A stretch of 64,000 nucleotides of DNA from an uncultured Candidatus Saccharibacteria bacterium (GCA_964606285.1 CAZSFP010000001.1:69376-133375); one strand, 5' to 3'; positions 19,366 to 29,474 are shown, numbered from the stretch's first letter. The notes: generated by a model from the sequence alone, not told the origin. Numbers and translations: made by a program.

Positions 19366-20610
19366 ATGAGAGAACAGTATGAACAATTTGATGTTATTGT
19401 CATCGGTGGCGGCGCATCAGGGATGATGGCCGCGGGTATTGCTGCATCACGAGGAAAGAAAGTCCTTATTCTTGATAAAAATAAACGTCTCGGTCAGAAA
19501 CTCGCGATCACTGGTGGTGGTCGTTGTAATATCACAAATGACGAAGATGATCTTCGATTGTTTCTGAAACACTATGGCAAAGCCGAACAATTTCTTTATT
19601 CGCCGTTTGATCAGTTTAACAAAGACAAAACGTTCTCATTTTTTGAATCTCTCAATATGCCGCTCGTTGTCCAAGCTCGTAAACGTGCATTTCCACAAAC
19701 AGAACGCGCTGAAGACGTTCGAACACTCATGGAGAATTTTATCCGGATGCATGGTGTGACCGTCAGAACGAATACATCGGTAACTCGCATAGAAACTGTA
19801 GACGGGAAAATTTCCGGTGTCATTGCTGGAGGAAAAATGTATACCGCAGAAAGTTATATTCTCGCGACTGGTGGTGTCTCACATCCCGAAACCGGTTCGA
19901 CAGGTGATGGTTTCGGTTGGATGAAAAAACTGGGACATACCGTAGCGGCGCCGACACCGTCCATCGTCCCACTCGCAGTCAAAGATACGTGGATCAAATC
20001 GCTTGCCGGGGTGTCACTGTCATTTATGAAAATTACATTTTATGTAAACGGTGTAAAGCAATTCAATAAAAAAGGTAAAATTCTTTTTACACACTTCGGA
20101 CTGTCTGGTCCACTTATTTTGAACTCTGCAACAAAAGTAGCAGATCTTTTGCATGATGGAGAAGTCACGGCTCAGATCGATGCATATCCCGATACGGATC
20201 TCGGTGTACTCGAAGACAAAATCATAAAAATCTTTGATGCGAACAAAAACAAAATGTTCAAAAATGTGCTTCCAGAATGTGTTCCTGAGGGTATGGCACA
20301 GGCACTTTTGAAATTGCTTCCAATTGACGAACAAACAAAAATTCACAGCATTACAAAACCAATGCGAAAAGAATTGGTCCGTATCCTGAAGGCACTGCCA
20401 GTCACAATCACGGGACTCATGGGATTTGACCGTGCGGTTATCGCCGATGGTGGTGTGGACCTGCGAGAAATAGATACAAAAACGATGCGGTCACTCCGTT
20501 GCCCAAATCTTTTTATTACCGGAGATCTGCTGCATGTGAATCGTCCATCTGGCGGATTTTCTCTCCAACTCTGTTGGACGACGGGATATGTTGCCGGAAT
20601 GAACACGTAA
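19366..20610 (+). CDS. HI0933/YhiN-family flavoprotein
   Basis: GGGASG, GQKLAITGGGRCNITN, LATGG.S.P.TGSTGDG, LFTHFGLSGP, GGFSLQ. Confidence 0.95.
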   Translation: MREQYEQFDVIVIGGGASGMMAAGIAASRGKKVLILDKNKRLGQKLAITGGGRCNITNDEDDLRLFLKHYGKAEQFLYSPFDQFNKDKTFSFFESLNMPLVVQARKRAFPQTERAEDVRTLMENFIRMHGVTVRTNTSVTRIETVDGKISGVIAGGKMYTAESYILATGGVSHPETGSTGDGFGWMKKLGHTVAAPTPSIVPLAVKDTWIKSLAGVSLSFMKITFYVNGVKQFNKKGKILFTHFGLSGPLILNSATKVADLLHDGEVTAQIDAYPDTDLGVLEDKIIKIFDANKNKMFKNVLPECVPEGMAQALLKLLPIDEQTKIHSITKPMRKELVRILKALPVTITGLMGFDRAVIADGGVDLREIDTKTMRSLRCPNLFITGDLLHVNRPSGGFSLQLCWTTGYVAGMNT

Positions 20611-20648
20611 TCCTTTCAATTTTGTCAAAAATGCGGTATGCTCGTGTG

Positions 20649-22127
20649 ATGGCAAAGGAAGAAACTATTCTTCGTTTCGAAGAAGTCTCATTTGAATACG
20701 CTCACGACAAACCTATTTTGAACGAGGTTGATTTTTCGTTGCGTCGTGGATCCAAGGTCACGATCATGGGTCAAAACGGAGCAGGGAAGAGTACAATCTT
20801 CCATCTCATTACTGGAACATTGAAACCAGAATCCGGTACGATAAACAGAGTTCAGGGACTCACTATCGCGCTTTCTCGACAAGTCATCCCTCGTGATGAT
20901 TTGAAACTCACTGTTCGAGAATTTTTCCAGAAATCATTTTCAAAACCGGTCTATGATATTGATCCTCGAATCGATGATGTCCTCGAAGTAGTGAATCTCG
21001 TTGGTCATGAAAAACTTCATGATAGAGTTCTCAGTACATTTTCTGGTGGCCAGCAAGCGCGTATTCTCCTCGCATCTGCATTGATCCAAGATCCCGACCT
21101 GCTCCTCCTCGATGAACCAACAAACAACCTCGATACGGCAGGTATTGAACACCTGACAGACTTCCTCATCAATTACAAAAAGACCGTTGTCGTTATTTCG
21201 CACGATGCAGATTTCTTGAATGCATTTAGTGATGGTGTCCTTTATCTCGATATTCATACGCGCAAAGTCGAACAATACGTCGGCAACTATTTGAACGTAT
21301 TGAAAGACATCACTGCCCGCGTTGAAAAAGAAAATATGAAAAACGCGCGTTTGGAAAAAGAAATCCAGGCAAAGAAATACAAAGCAAATCAATTCGCCTA
21401 CAAAGGTGGTCAGATGCGTCTCGTGGCAAAACGCATGCGTGAAAAAGCCGAAGAACTCGAAGAAGAAATCGTCGAAGTTCGGAGAGAGGATAAAACGATT
21501 CGCGCATTTACTATTCCATGTCAGGAAGACCTCTCCGGCAATCTTCTCACGATCGATTCATATACGACCCTTGATGCCAAAACAGGAAAAATCACCAAAC
21601 GAAAAGCACAGGTCAAACTCCGCAAGAATCAGCATCTTCTTTTACGAGGTCCGAATGGTATCGGCAAAAGTACACTCCTCGAACATATTGCGAAAAATAC
21701 CGCAGAAGGTTCTCTGATCGCACCGGGTGTTCGTGTCGGCTATTACCGCCAAGATTTCTCGACGCTCAACTTTGATGACACGGTCTACCAGTCACTTTGT
21801 AGTGCCATGCTTGCTGGCGGGAGAATTGTTGAAGAAGGTTTTATGCGCGGTGTTGCATCGAGTTTTCTCATCACGGGCGAACTTATGAAAACGCGCGTTG
21901 GTAGCCTCTCAGAGGGTCAGAAAGGCCTTGTGGCGTTCGCCAGACTGGTCCTCGAACGTCCAGGTATCCTTATTCTCGATGAACCGACAAACCATATCAA
22001 CTTCCGTCACCTCCCAGTTATCGCTGAAGCTATTTCAAACTATCAAGGCGCATTGATTCTCGTCTCACACGTTCCAGAATTTGTCGAGAAAATTCGGATT
22101 GATGAGATTCTCGATCTCGGGAAATAA
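20649..22127 (+). CDS. ABC-F family ATPase
   Basis: Two ABC domains (GQNGAGKS/GPNGIGKS, DEPTN twice), linker, no TM segments. Confidence 0.93.
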   Translation: MAKEETILRFEEVSFEYAHDKPILNEVDFSLRRGSKVTIMGQNGAGKSTIFHLITGTLKPESGTINRVQGLTIALSRQVIPRDDLKLTVREFFQKSFSKPVYDIDPRIDDVLEVVNLVGHEKLHDRVLSTFSGGQQARILLASALIQDPDLLLLDEPTNNLDTAGIEHLTDFLINYKKTVVVISHDADFLNAFSDGVLYLDIHTRKVEQYVGNYLNVLKDITARVEKENMKNARLEKEIQAKKYKANQFAYKGGQMRLVAKRMREKAEELEEEIVEVRREDKTIRAFTIPCQEDLSGNLLTIDSYTTLDAKTGKITKRKAQVKLRKNQHLLLRGPNGIGKSTLLEHIAKNTAEGSLIAPGVRVGYYRQDFSTLNFDDTVYQSLCSAMLAGGRIVEEGFMRGVASSFLITGELMKTRVGSLSEGQKGLVAFARLVLERPGILILDEPTNHINFRHLPVIAEAISNYQGALILVSHVPEFVEKIRIDEILDLGK

Positions 22128-22232
22128 AATAAGGTGGTTTTTCTACATAGTAGGTGAAATTCGGGCTTAATTGACAAGTTCACATTAAAGTATTAATGTG
22201 AAGAAAATTGTTGTTTAACTAAAAAATAAAAA

Positions 22233-22691
22233 ATGAGAAGAAATTATCTTCAGAGACTTTTAAATCCTCCGGGTACACAAGCTTTTAGTGGAATTGATAC
22301 ATTTCGTGGTATACCACAAGAAGCTCTTAGTGAGCTTTTTAAAATTGCGAATTTTGATTACATGGGGTCAACCAATTTCGAGTTAGGTGTTATAGGAAAA
22401 TCACTTCGTAAAATATGTGAAAACAGACCCGCATACAAATTGCACGAAAAAGTAATAAAAGGGAAAAGGTTTTTCATTCTGATTCAGATTGATAGACTAA
22501 ATAAATATTGTGATTTAATTGAAGCATGGTCAGTTGATAATTACCATGATGAATATCATGGACTCAAAGATGTTTTCAATGGAAATATGACCAGAGGTAT
22601 ACAGGGTTGGCTGGACATCAGTGATGATGTTATTTTTTTTACAAACAAAGAAATGGCAAAGAAAATGGACTCATTTTTAATTTTTGAATAA
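22233..22691 (+). CDS. Hypothetical protein (AT-rich cassette)
   Basis: Own TTGACA (22171) promoter and terminator; FDYMGS..FE motif. Confidence 0.75.
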   Translation: MRRNYLQRLLNPPGTQAFSGIDTFRGIPQEALSELFKIANFDYMGSTNFELGVIGKSLRKICENRPAYKLHEKVIKGKRFFILIQIDRLNKYCDLIEAWSVDNYHDEYHGLKDVFNGNMTRGIQGWLDISDDVIFFTNKEMAKKMDSFLIFE

Positions 22692-22834
22692 AAGATTTTT
22701 TGATTAAAAAGTACTAGTAGTGATACTGGTACTTTTTTTATTTCCTAATACTTAATCGAGTGCTATCCCACAACAGAGGAATGTTCTAATTGTCCCAAAA
22801 ACGAGATGAGATAAAAAAATGATATACTGTTTCT

Positions 22835-23167
22835 ATGTTATTCAAAATATTTAAAATACGAAAAATGGTGCGAGAGGGAACAGAGAATCCAAGTGGTTTT
22901 GCCGGCGAACAAGCCGGAGAATTGTTGTGGGGATTTTTGGTTATCCCTATTATTATTGCGGCACTCGTTTTGATACTTCTATTCATCTTTTCTTTTACAC
23001 ATGTCTGGGGTGGTCCATTTCTTCTCGCAAAAATATTTTTCTGGATTATTTTGTGTGGAACAGGTCTATTCATCTATATCGCACGCAAAAGTATCGGTGT
23101 CGTTAAAAAAATGACGACGAAAGCAGCTGACGAGACGATCAAAGTCACATCACAGATTGTTGAGTAG
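22835..23167 (+). CDS. Small membrane protein (2 TM)
   Basis: Hydrophobic ORF; TGATATACT 6 nt before ATG. Confidence 0.7.
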   Translation: MLFKIFKIRKMVREGTENPSGFAGEQAGELLWGFLVIPIIIAALVLILLFIFSFTHVWGGPFLLAKIFFWIILCGTGLFIYIARKSIGVVKKMTTKAADETIKVTSQIVE

Positions 23168-23250
23168 GAATTTCTAAAGATTTGCACTTTTATTGACCAA
23201 ACTACATAGTTCTGGTATATTTTCTCTGAAAACATTTAAAAAAGAGAAGG

Positions 23251-23442
23251 ATGGAGAAGAAAAAAAGAAAAAAGAGACCTCTTTATGGTCCAAGAGAATT
23301 TAGGCCTATCAAGACTGCATTGCTTGCAATGGGTTTCGAAATCGTCACAAAAGCAATTTCAAAACGAGATGCAGAACGTTTTGGCCTCGAGCCACCAGAC
23401 GCAGAACGCATAGAAGAAACTCAAAATCAAATTAGTTTCTAA
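23251..23442 (+). CDS. Hypothetical basic protein (cassette gene 1)
   Basis: TTGACC-17-TATATT promoter at 23193-23221. Confidence 0.55.
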   Translation: MEKKKRKKRPLYGPREFRPIKTALLAMGFEIVTKAISKRDAERFGLEPPDAERIEETQNQISF

Positions 23443-23469
23443 AAGTGGTTTGAAGGTGATTATCGTATA

Positions 23470-23886
23470 ATGATTCATACTTCGTATGACCATTTGCGTG
23501 GTAAATTCACAAAAGCGGGCAGAATCTGGATTGTTGTTTCAAAAGCAATTACCGAAAGAAAGTATTCTAGATTTTTTTACCGGACGCGTAAAAAATATTT
23601 TGTACAATCAACGATAGATGAGGCAGATTTCTTGAATCACATTCTAAATAATCGTCCTGTGAGTAATGGGATGCTTATGGAGCTTGTTCAGGATTTTGAT
23701 GGAACAGCAAAATGGGTAGATCCGCGCGACAAAAGAAAAAAACGTAATCTCTATGAAAACGTTCCCAAAAATCTGCAGAAGCACGTAAACAGAATAAACA
23801 GTCGTAGTAAATACTATGAACATGTTGTTCGTAAAAAGAATGGTACAGTAAATCGTGCCCGTGATCTCCGAAAACGATGGAATTAA
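23470..23886 (+). CDS. Hypothetical basic protein (cassette gene 2, or fragment of a split gene)
   Basis: 138-aa ORF in same frame as 23251-23442, followed by hairpin. Confidence 0.6.
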   Translation: MIHTSYDHLRGKFTKAGRIWIVVSKAITERKYSRFFYRTRKKYFVQSTIDEADFLNHILNNRPVSNGMLMELVQDFDGTAKWVDPRDKRKKRNLYENVPKNLQKHVNRINSRSKYYEHVVRKKNGTVNRARDLRKRWN

Positions 23887-23938
23887 TTTCCCCAAAATCC
23901 CCCATATTGCGGGGATTTTTTTATGTTAAAATAAACAC

Positions 23939-24427
23939 ATGAACATACACCCACTTTTCGTGCATTTTCCAATAGCGTTACTGTTTCTCTGGTCATTGTG
24001 TGAACTTATTCCAATATCACGTTGGGTACCACAAATACATTGGCAATCTATAAAACATTTTCTGATTATTGTCGGCACACTTGGTGCATATGTGACATTT
24101 TTGACAGGAGGCATCGCAGAAGAACTCGTCGGTGAATCACGATTGATCGAATTTCACAGTACATTTGCCGGGGCGGTTGTTGTTATTTATAGTGTATTTC
24201 TTTTGGAATTTATCTTGGAAAAAGGAAGACCCATTCTTGAAAAATTCTCTGTTGTGAAATACACTGACATGTTTCTCACTTTGATCCACAACAAGGTCCT
24301 CCGCATAATCCTTGTTCTGGTCGCGTTCATCTGTCTCATGATAACTGGTGCCCTCGGCGGTGCGATAGTGTATGGTTCAAGTGGAGATCCATTTACTGAT
24401 CTTGTTCTCAAATTATTTGGATTGTAA
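23939..24427 (+). CDS. DUF2231-like membrane protein
   Basis: HPLFVHFPIAL start, TG..AEE, H, GALGGAIVYG. Confidence 0.8.
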   Translation: MNIHPLFVHFPIALLFLWSLCELIPISRWVPQIHWQSIKHFLIIVGTLGAYVTFLTGGIAEELVGESRLIEFHSTFAGAVVVIYSVFLLEFILEKGRPILEKFSVVKYTDMFLTLIHNKVLRIILVLVAFICLMITGALGGAIVYGSSGDPFTDLVLKLFGL

Positions 24428-24642
24428 AAATAATAAAAAACACTCAACTCGAGACAGGGAAGAGTGTTTTTTTGTTTTTTATAAAAGTTATTAGCCTCAT
24501 AAACTTGCATATTTTAACAAAGTGTGTTATTCTTTCGGCAGGTACATATGTTCTATAGATATCGTTATGAAGTCTATATATCACAAGTATCCGCTACCAT
24601 ATTTCGTAAGGTGGCTTTATACAGACTTTATACATATTTATA

Positions 24643-26007
24643 ATGGCATTCTCATCCCGTTTCTCATCGTCTCGGCCTTCAACTGGCGGACGACCATCTT
24701 CTCGTTCTCAAAGTTCAGAACCACGGTCTTCATCATCTCCTCGAAGAGATGCAAAAGCTCCGTCATCATTTCGTGCGCCATCGTCATATCGCGGTGGTAG
24801 TTCTTCATCATCTCGTTACGGTGGTTATTCATCACGACCAGCTCGCTCAGGCGGATTTGGTGGTGGCAATCGATCACGTGGACGTGGCCGATTTGAACAA
24901 AAGATCGACACATCTCGATTTATCTTTACACCGACAAAAGCACAGGAAGCAAAGGTATATCAAAGCGAACATACGTTTACTGATTTCAAGTTTTCTCCGA
25001 TCCTTACACAGAATCTTGTTGACCGCGGCTATGCGATTCCAACAGAAATCCAAGACAAAACGATCACACACACACTCGCAGGGCGTGATATCGTTGGTCT
25101 TGCAAATACTGGTTCTGGGAAAACAGCAGCATTTCTTCTTCCGTTGATCGAAAAAGTTATCAAGAACGACAAGGAACGAATTCTTATCCTTGCACCAACA
25201 CGCGAACTCGCAATGCAGATCAATACAGAGCTTCGACTGTTTACAAAAGGTCTCCGTATATTCTCTAGTGTCTGTGTTGGTGGCATGCCGATCTATCATC
25301 AGATCCAAACACTTCGTCAGCTCAACCACTTTGTTATCGGTACTCCGGGACGTCTCAAAGACCTCTCAAAGCGCCGATCAATCGATTTTAGTACATTTAC
25401 TAATGTCGTGGTTGATGAATTCGATCACATGCTCGACATGGGATTCATCGATGACATCACACTTATTCTTGGTGGTTTGCCAAAGACGCGCCAATCATTT
25501 TTCTTTTCTGCAACGATGCCACCGCGCATCCAGTCTGCAGTTGAAAAATTCTTGACTGATCCTGTTACGATCAATGTCGGATCAGGTGTTACGACAAAAA
25601 ATGTTACTCAAGACGTCATTCGTGTTCGTCACAAAGATGACAAGATCGAAGAGCTCCACAAGATTCTTGGCCACGAAGATACATCAAAGACGATTATTTT
25701 CGTTGAAACAAAGCGGGAAGTTGAATCGCTCGCGCAAGACCTCAAACGCGCAGGATTCCGTGCAGATTCGATCCATGGCGACAAACGTCAGCGTGAACGA
25801 CAACGCACACTCAATCAATTTCGAGATGATGATATCACCGTCCTCGTGGCAACTGATGTCGCGGCTCGCGGTATCGATGTCAAAGACATCAGTCACGTCA
25901 TCAACTATACGGTCCCACAGACCTATGATGATTATGTGCACCGCATCGGCCGTACCGGTCGCGGAAATAGCACAGGGAAGGCGTTGACGTTTGTTATCGA
26001 ACGATAA
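24643..26007 (+). CDS. DEAD-box RNA helicase with Ser/Arg/Gly-rich N-terminal extension
   Basis: PTEIQ, ANTGSGKT, PTRELA, TPGRL, DEFD, SAT, ARGID, HRIGRTGR. Confidence 0.97.
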   Translation: MAFSSRFSSSRPSTGGRPSSRSQSSEPRSSSSPRRDAKAPSSFRAPSSYRGGSSSSSRYGGYSSRPARSGGFGGGNRSRGRGRFEQKIDTSRFIFTPTKAQEAKVYQSEHTFTDFKFSPILTQNLVDRGYAIPTEIQDKTITHTLAGRDIVGLANTGSGKTAAFLLPLIEKVIKNDKERILILAPTRELAMQINTELRLFTKGLRIFSSVCVGGMPIYHQIQTLRQLNHFVIGTPGRLKDLSKRRSIDFSTFTNVVVDEFDHMLDMGFIDDITLILGGLPKTRQSFFFSATMPPRIQSAVEKFLTDPVTINVGSGVTTKNVTQDVIRVRHKDDKIEELHKILGHEDTSKTIIFVETKREVESLAQDLKRAGFRADSIHGDKRQRERQRTLNQFRDDDITVLVATDVAARGIDVKDISHVINYTVPQTYDDYVHRIGRTGRGNSTGKALTFVIER

Positions 26008-26102
26008 TTTCTTATTCAAAAAATAGTTTTTTCCAAAAAACAGTATCTATTGACATAGTACTGTTTTTTGGTATAATGTTGAAAATATTTAAAAAAAGAA
26101 TT

Positions 26103-26516
26103 ATGATAGACTTCAAAAAATACTTTGGTCCTGCAATCGGAGAATTTACATTTACAGTTCCTACTGGTGGTAAACCATTTGATAATCCGCTCATTAAACC
26201 CGGCAAGGAATATGTTGGAAGAATTTTTCCGATACTTCCACTGGCAACTGAAACAGATTGTTTAAAATTCGCTAACAGTAAAGAAGAAAAAAGTATACTT
26301 TTGGGTGATGAAATACTTCCAATAATACCAAAAGAACATCATGACCAATTTCCCACAGCATTTACTGCTTATTTTGATTCAAGGGATGAAGGTGTTATGT
26401 CATATATTGTGGCAACAAAGGGTGAATTAATATCTTGTATTCCATGGAAAACCTGGAAATTTGAAACTATAGTGAGACTTTCAGGATATATTCTGTGTTT
26501 TTACGAAAAAGAATAG
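26103..26516 (+). CDS. Hypothetical protein (AT-rich cassette)
   Basis: TTGACA-16-TATAAT at 26050-26077; terminator AAAATAACATCC..GGATGTTATTTT downstream. Confidence 0.75.
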   Translation: MIDFKKYFGPAIGEFTFTVPTGGKPFDNPLIKPGKEYVGRIFPILPLATETDCLKFANSKEEKSILLGDEILPIIPKEHHDQFPTAFTAYFDSRDEGVMSYIVATKGELISCIPWKTWKFETIVRLSGYILCFYEKE

Positions 26517-26801
26517 AAATGCTCAAAAAGCTAAAATAACATCCATTTGGATGTTATTTTTATTTTAGATAAAAAATATTAATTTAATTTTTAAAAAAAT
26601 AAAATATGAATCATCGAAGGTGAGAGGAAATAAAATAATATTAAAAATTATTTTAAATATGATGTGGGGAAGTATATGAAGAGAAAAATGAAACTATCTG
26701 TACTAAGTCTATTTATAGTTCTTATTCCATATATCCTTTATTCCTAGTCCAATGTCGCAAAAGATATATTGTACGACATTATATCTCTTTTTCTCCCTCT
26801 A

Positions 26802-27167
26802 CTAACATTGGTTCGAAAGTTCATATCCACGAGATTCGGCTTCCTGCCCTGTGGCAAACCAAACTTGATTTTCGGGCTTGATCCGATCTGCGCTTTTGCA
26901 TCCTTTCGGATAATATTTTGTTCCATTTTTCGAAGCCACAAATAATCCAGTTTCTACGGGATTTGATTGGACTACGACAGTTTGGGTGCTTTTGGACGTA
27001 TTCTGCCCTTCTGGAGGCTTTTCTTGGCTTTCTGAGACGTATGGTACATCCTCTAATTCGTGATTTGAGCTCATCGACCAGCGCCCAAAGAAAAAACTCG
27101 TGACCGTCATGATCATCATAATGCCGATGGGTATAAGTCGGTCTTTGGTACTTTGATCGATGTCCAT
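26802..27167 (-). CDS. Membrane-anchored protein with C-terminal Ada-like metal-binding domain
   Basis: N-terminal TM; ASKNGTKYY..GC...RIKPENQVWF...EAESRGY..C. Confidence 0.8.
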   Translation of the reverse strand: MDIDQSTKDRLIPIGIMMIMTVTSFFFGRWSMSSNHELEDVPYVSESQEKPPEGQNTSKSTQTVVVQSNPVETGLFVASKNGTKYYPKGCKSADRIKPENQVWFATGQEAESRGYELSNQC

Positions 27168-27188
27168 AGAATAAGTATATAAATTTAT

Positions 27189-27214
27189 AGTACTGAGTAC
27201 TAGTACTCAGTACT
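27189..27214. repeat. 26-bp perfect palindrome built from four AGTACT hexamers
   Basis: AGTACTGAGTACT|AGTACTCAGTACT between divergent genes. Confidence 0.9.
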
Positions 27215-27313
27215 TGATACTGGACAAGCCCTTGCATTTTTTCTGTTTTCCGGTATACTCGTTGAGTACAAATCAGAAAGTCTCCTTATATTGACTTTCT
27301 ACACATTTATTGT

Positions 27314-27586
27314 ATGGCAACAAAACTATCGGGCGGTAAAATTAAAAACTTTGGCGATTCCAATCCTAAGTATTTGGGAACGAAACTCTACGCTGGCGAA
27401 AAAGCAAAAGCGGGTAGTATTCTCGTTCGCCAACGCGGCACAAAGATCCTTCCAGGAACAAATGTCAGCATGGGCAAGGACCATACCCTCTTCTCTCTCG
27501 TTGACGGTATCGTCTCGTTTGGATCAAAACGAAAAACACATTTTGACGGAAAGACAATGGTCAAAAAAGTAGTTCACGTTAAATAA
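27314..27586 (+). CDS. rpmA: 50S ribosomal protein L27
   Basis: [27 protein letters not shown]. Confidence 0.98.
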   Translation: MATKLSGGKIKNFGDSNPKYLGTKLYAGEKAKAGSILVRQRGTKILPGTNVSMGKDHTLFSLVDGIVSFGSKRKTHFDGKTMVKKVVHVK

Positions 27587-27595
27587 ATCTATAAA

Positions 27596-27630
27596 GAAAA
27601 AACCTTCATCATTTGATGAAGGTTTTTTCT
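27596..27630. terminator. Bidirectional terminator between convergent rpmA and rplI
   Basis: GAAAAAACCTTCATCA-TT-TGATGAAGGTTTTTTC. Confidence 0.85.
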
Positions 27631-27660
27631 TATTTCTTTTTCTATATTGAGGGGGTATAA

Positions 27661-28104
27661 CTATCCTTTCTTCACTTCAATAGTCATACTGATCTTTCTT
27701 TTTCCATCAACGATAGCGATCTTGTGCTCCCCTATCGTTTTGATCGGTTTGTCGAGAACGATAAATTCAGCTGGAAGATTTATTTTGTAATTCTTTTGAA
27801 CGAGATCGATAATTTTTTTCTTGTCGATACTGGAAAACAGATGATCTTTGTCATTTGCTTTTTCGATGAACGAAAGCGTTTTGTCGGCAAGCGTTTCGAA
27901 TGCTTTATCAAGCAATGTATCCTCGAGTTTTTTTATAGATTCAGTTGCCGCCAATTCTTTCTGGAGTTTTGCAATGGATGCAGGAGTTGCAGCAACAGCA
28001 AGTTTCTTTGGGAACAGGAGATTGACCGCGTGGCCGTCAGAGACATCCTTGATCTCCCCTTTTCTGCCAATCTTTGGTACGTGTGCGAGTAGAATAACTT
28101 TCAT
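27661..28104 (-). CDS. rplI: 50S ribosomal protein L9
   Basis: MKVILL..V..IG.KGEIKDVSDGHAVNLLFPKKLA, PIKTIGEH. Confidence 0.96.
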   Translation of the reverse strand: MKVILLAHVPKIGRKGEIKDVSDGHAVNLLFPKKLAVAATPASIAKLQKELAATESIKKLEDTLLDKAFETLADKTLSFIEKANDKDHLFSSIDKKKIIDLVQKNYKINLPAEFIVLDKPIKTIGEHKIAIVDGKRKISMTIEVKKG

Positions 28105-28134
28105 ATCAGAAAGTATACCACAGAGATATCTCTC

Positions 28135-29334
28135 CTATTTGTTCTTCAAAAATTCAACCGCTTTGTCAAGAACGCTGTCGTGTTCACGGGTATCTGTGTC
28201 TTTTGGCTCGGCGATGATATCAGGAGTGATACCGTGATCAGAGATTGAAATGCCGTTCGGAGTGAACCATTTTGCGACGGTTACTTTGATAGACGTGTCC
28301 TTGGTCAGCGGGACCAATTCTTGGACAGAACCTTTGCCAAATGTTTGTGTGCCGATAAGCGTTGCAACATTGTGTTCACGAAGCGCACCAGCGAGAATTT
28401 CCGATGCGGATGCGGAGCCGCCGTCAACGAGGATGACCATTTTGACATTGTCATTGAACACGTCATAGCCCTTGCTGTAATAGACTTCTTTGTCTTTGTG
28501 CGTACCGAAATCTTCACTGACAATGATCTTGTCTTTTGGAAGAAACCAGCTCGCCATGTCGATCGCTGCATCCATAAATCCACCTGGATTGCCGCGGAGA
28601 TCGAGGATAAGTTTCGTGCTGCCTGATTCTGCAAAATCAATCAATGCCTGACGGAACAATTCTCCGGCATTTGCAGAAAAGCTGTACAATTGGATCACAT
28701 AAATTCCATCATCCCTTTTTTTTGTTTCAAGTGTCGGTATCGCGACAGTATCACGAGTGAGTGTGATCTCTCGTGGTTTTTTCTCTGATTCACGGAAAAT
28801 AGTGAGAACCACTGTTGTACCTTTTTCACCGCGAATTTTCTTTATCGCTTCATCGATGGTTATGGTATTGGTGATGGTTTCGTCGATTTTCAAAATCTTA
28901 TCACCTGTTTTGATGCCTGCATTGGCAGCAGGACTGCCTTTGATAGGAGAAATAACAGTCAAAATCTTATCCTTCATACCTATTTCCATACCAACACCGG
29001 TAAAACTACCTCCTATTTCCTCATTAAATGCCTTGTTTTCTTCTGGCGGGAAGAAAACGGTATAAGGATCATCGAGTGAACTGACGAGTCCGGAAATCGC
29101 GCCGTAGACCTTGTCTTGGTCGGTAGCAGTATGAAGACCTTTTTCATTTAAAATTGACCATGCTTTCCAAAATGGAGAAAAGTCAGTGGTGAGGGATTGT
29201 TCAGAATCTTTGCCGGAAAGTGTTGTTGCTCGGCTGATAAAATTTGCCTGGTCTTTTCCAACAGAAAACCCCGCAAAAAATGTGACGAGTAATATCGCGA
29301 GAGATCCGAGAAGGGCAATAATGCGTTTGTTCAT
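28135..29334 (-). CDS. ctpA: C-terminal processing peptidase (S41A) with PDZ domain
   Basis: LDDPYT, DLRGNPGG, SASASEI, TFGKGSVQ, GITPD. Confidence 0.95.
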   Translation of the reverse strand: MNKRIIALLGSLAILLVTFFAGFSVGKDQANFISRATTLSGKDSEQSLTTDFSPFWKAWSILNEKGLHTATDQDKVYGAISGLVSSLDDPYTVFFPPEENKAFNEEIGGSFTGVGMEIGMKDKILTVISPIKGSPAANAGIKTGDKILKIDETITNTITIDEAIKKIRGEKGTTVVLTIFRESEKKPREITLTRDTVAIPTLETKKRDDGIYVIQLYSFSANAGELFRQALIDFAESGSTKLILDLRGNPGGFMDAAIDMASWFLPKDKIIVSEDFGTHKDKEVYYSKGYDVFNDNVKMVILVDGGSASASEILAGALREHNVATLIGTQTFGKGSVQELVPLTKDTSIKVTVAKWFTPNGISISDHGITPDIIAEPKDTDTREHDSVLDKAVEFLKNK

Positions 29335-29450
29335 CCCGTTTAGAAGCAGATCGCGATCATTGTTCGCGCATCTAAGCTTGTATTAAAATTAATAATGTTT
29401 TTTGATTTCATATAATTTGATGTTTCTAGCGATCGCGGCTTCTAACGGGA
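29335..29450. mobile_element. MITE-like insertion with terminal inverted repeats and 5-bp direct repeat at the ctpA start codon
   Basis: CCCGTTTAGAAGC...GCTTCTAACGGG; TTCAT at 29330-29334 and 29451-29455. Confidence 0.75.
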
Positions 29451-29474
29451 TTCATCCGGTTTATTCTATCACTT

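Noticed and set aside
23904-23931. TTATGTTAAA resembling the XerD arm of dif
   Set aside because: No XerC-like arm; it is the T tract of a terminator plus the extended -10 of the gene at 23939
26560-26745. Extremely AT-rich stretch as oriC or gene
   Set aside because: No DnaA boxes, iterons or credible ORF; possibly a decayed cassette
27586-27661. Switch of dominant coding strand as replication terminus
   Set aside because: No dif site seen and skew cannot be computed here; rearrangement explains it equally well
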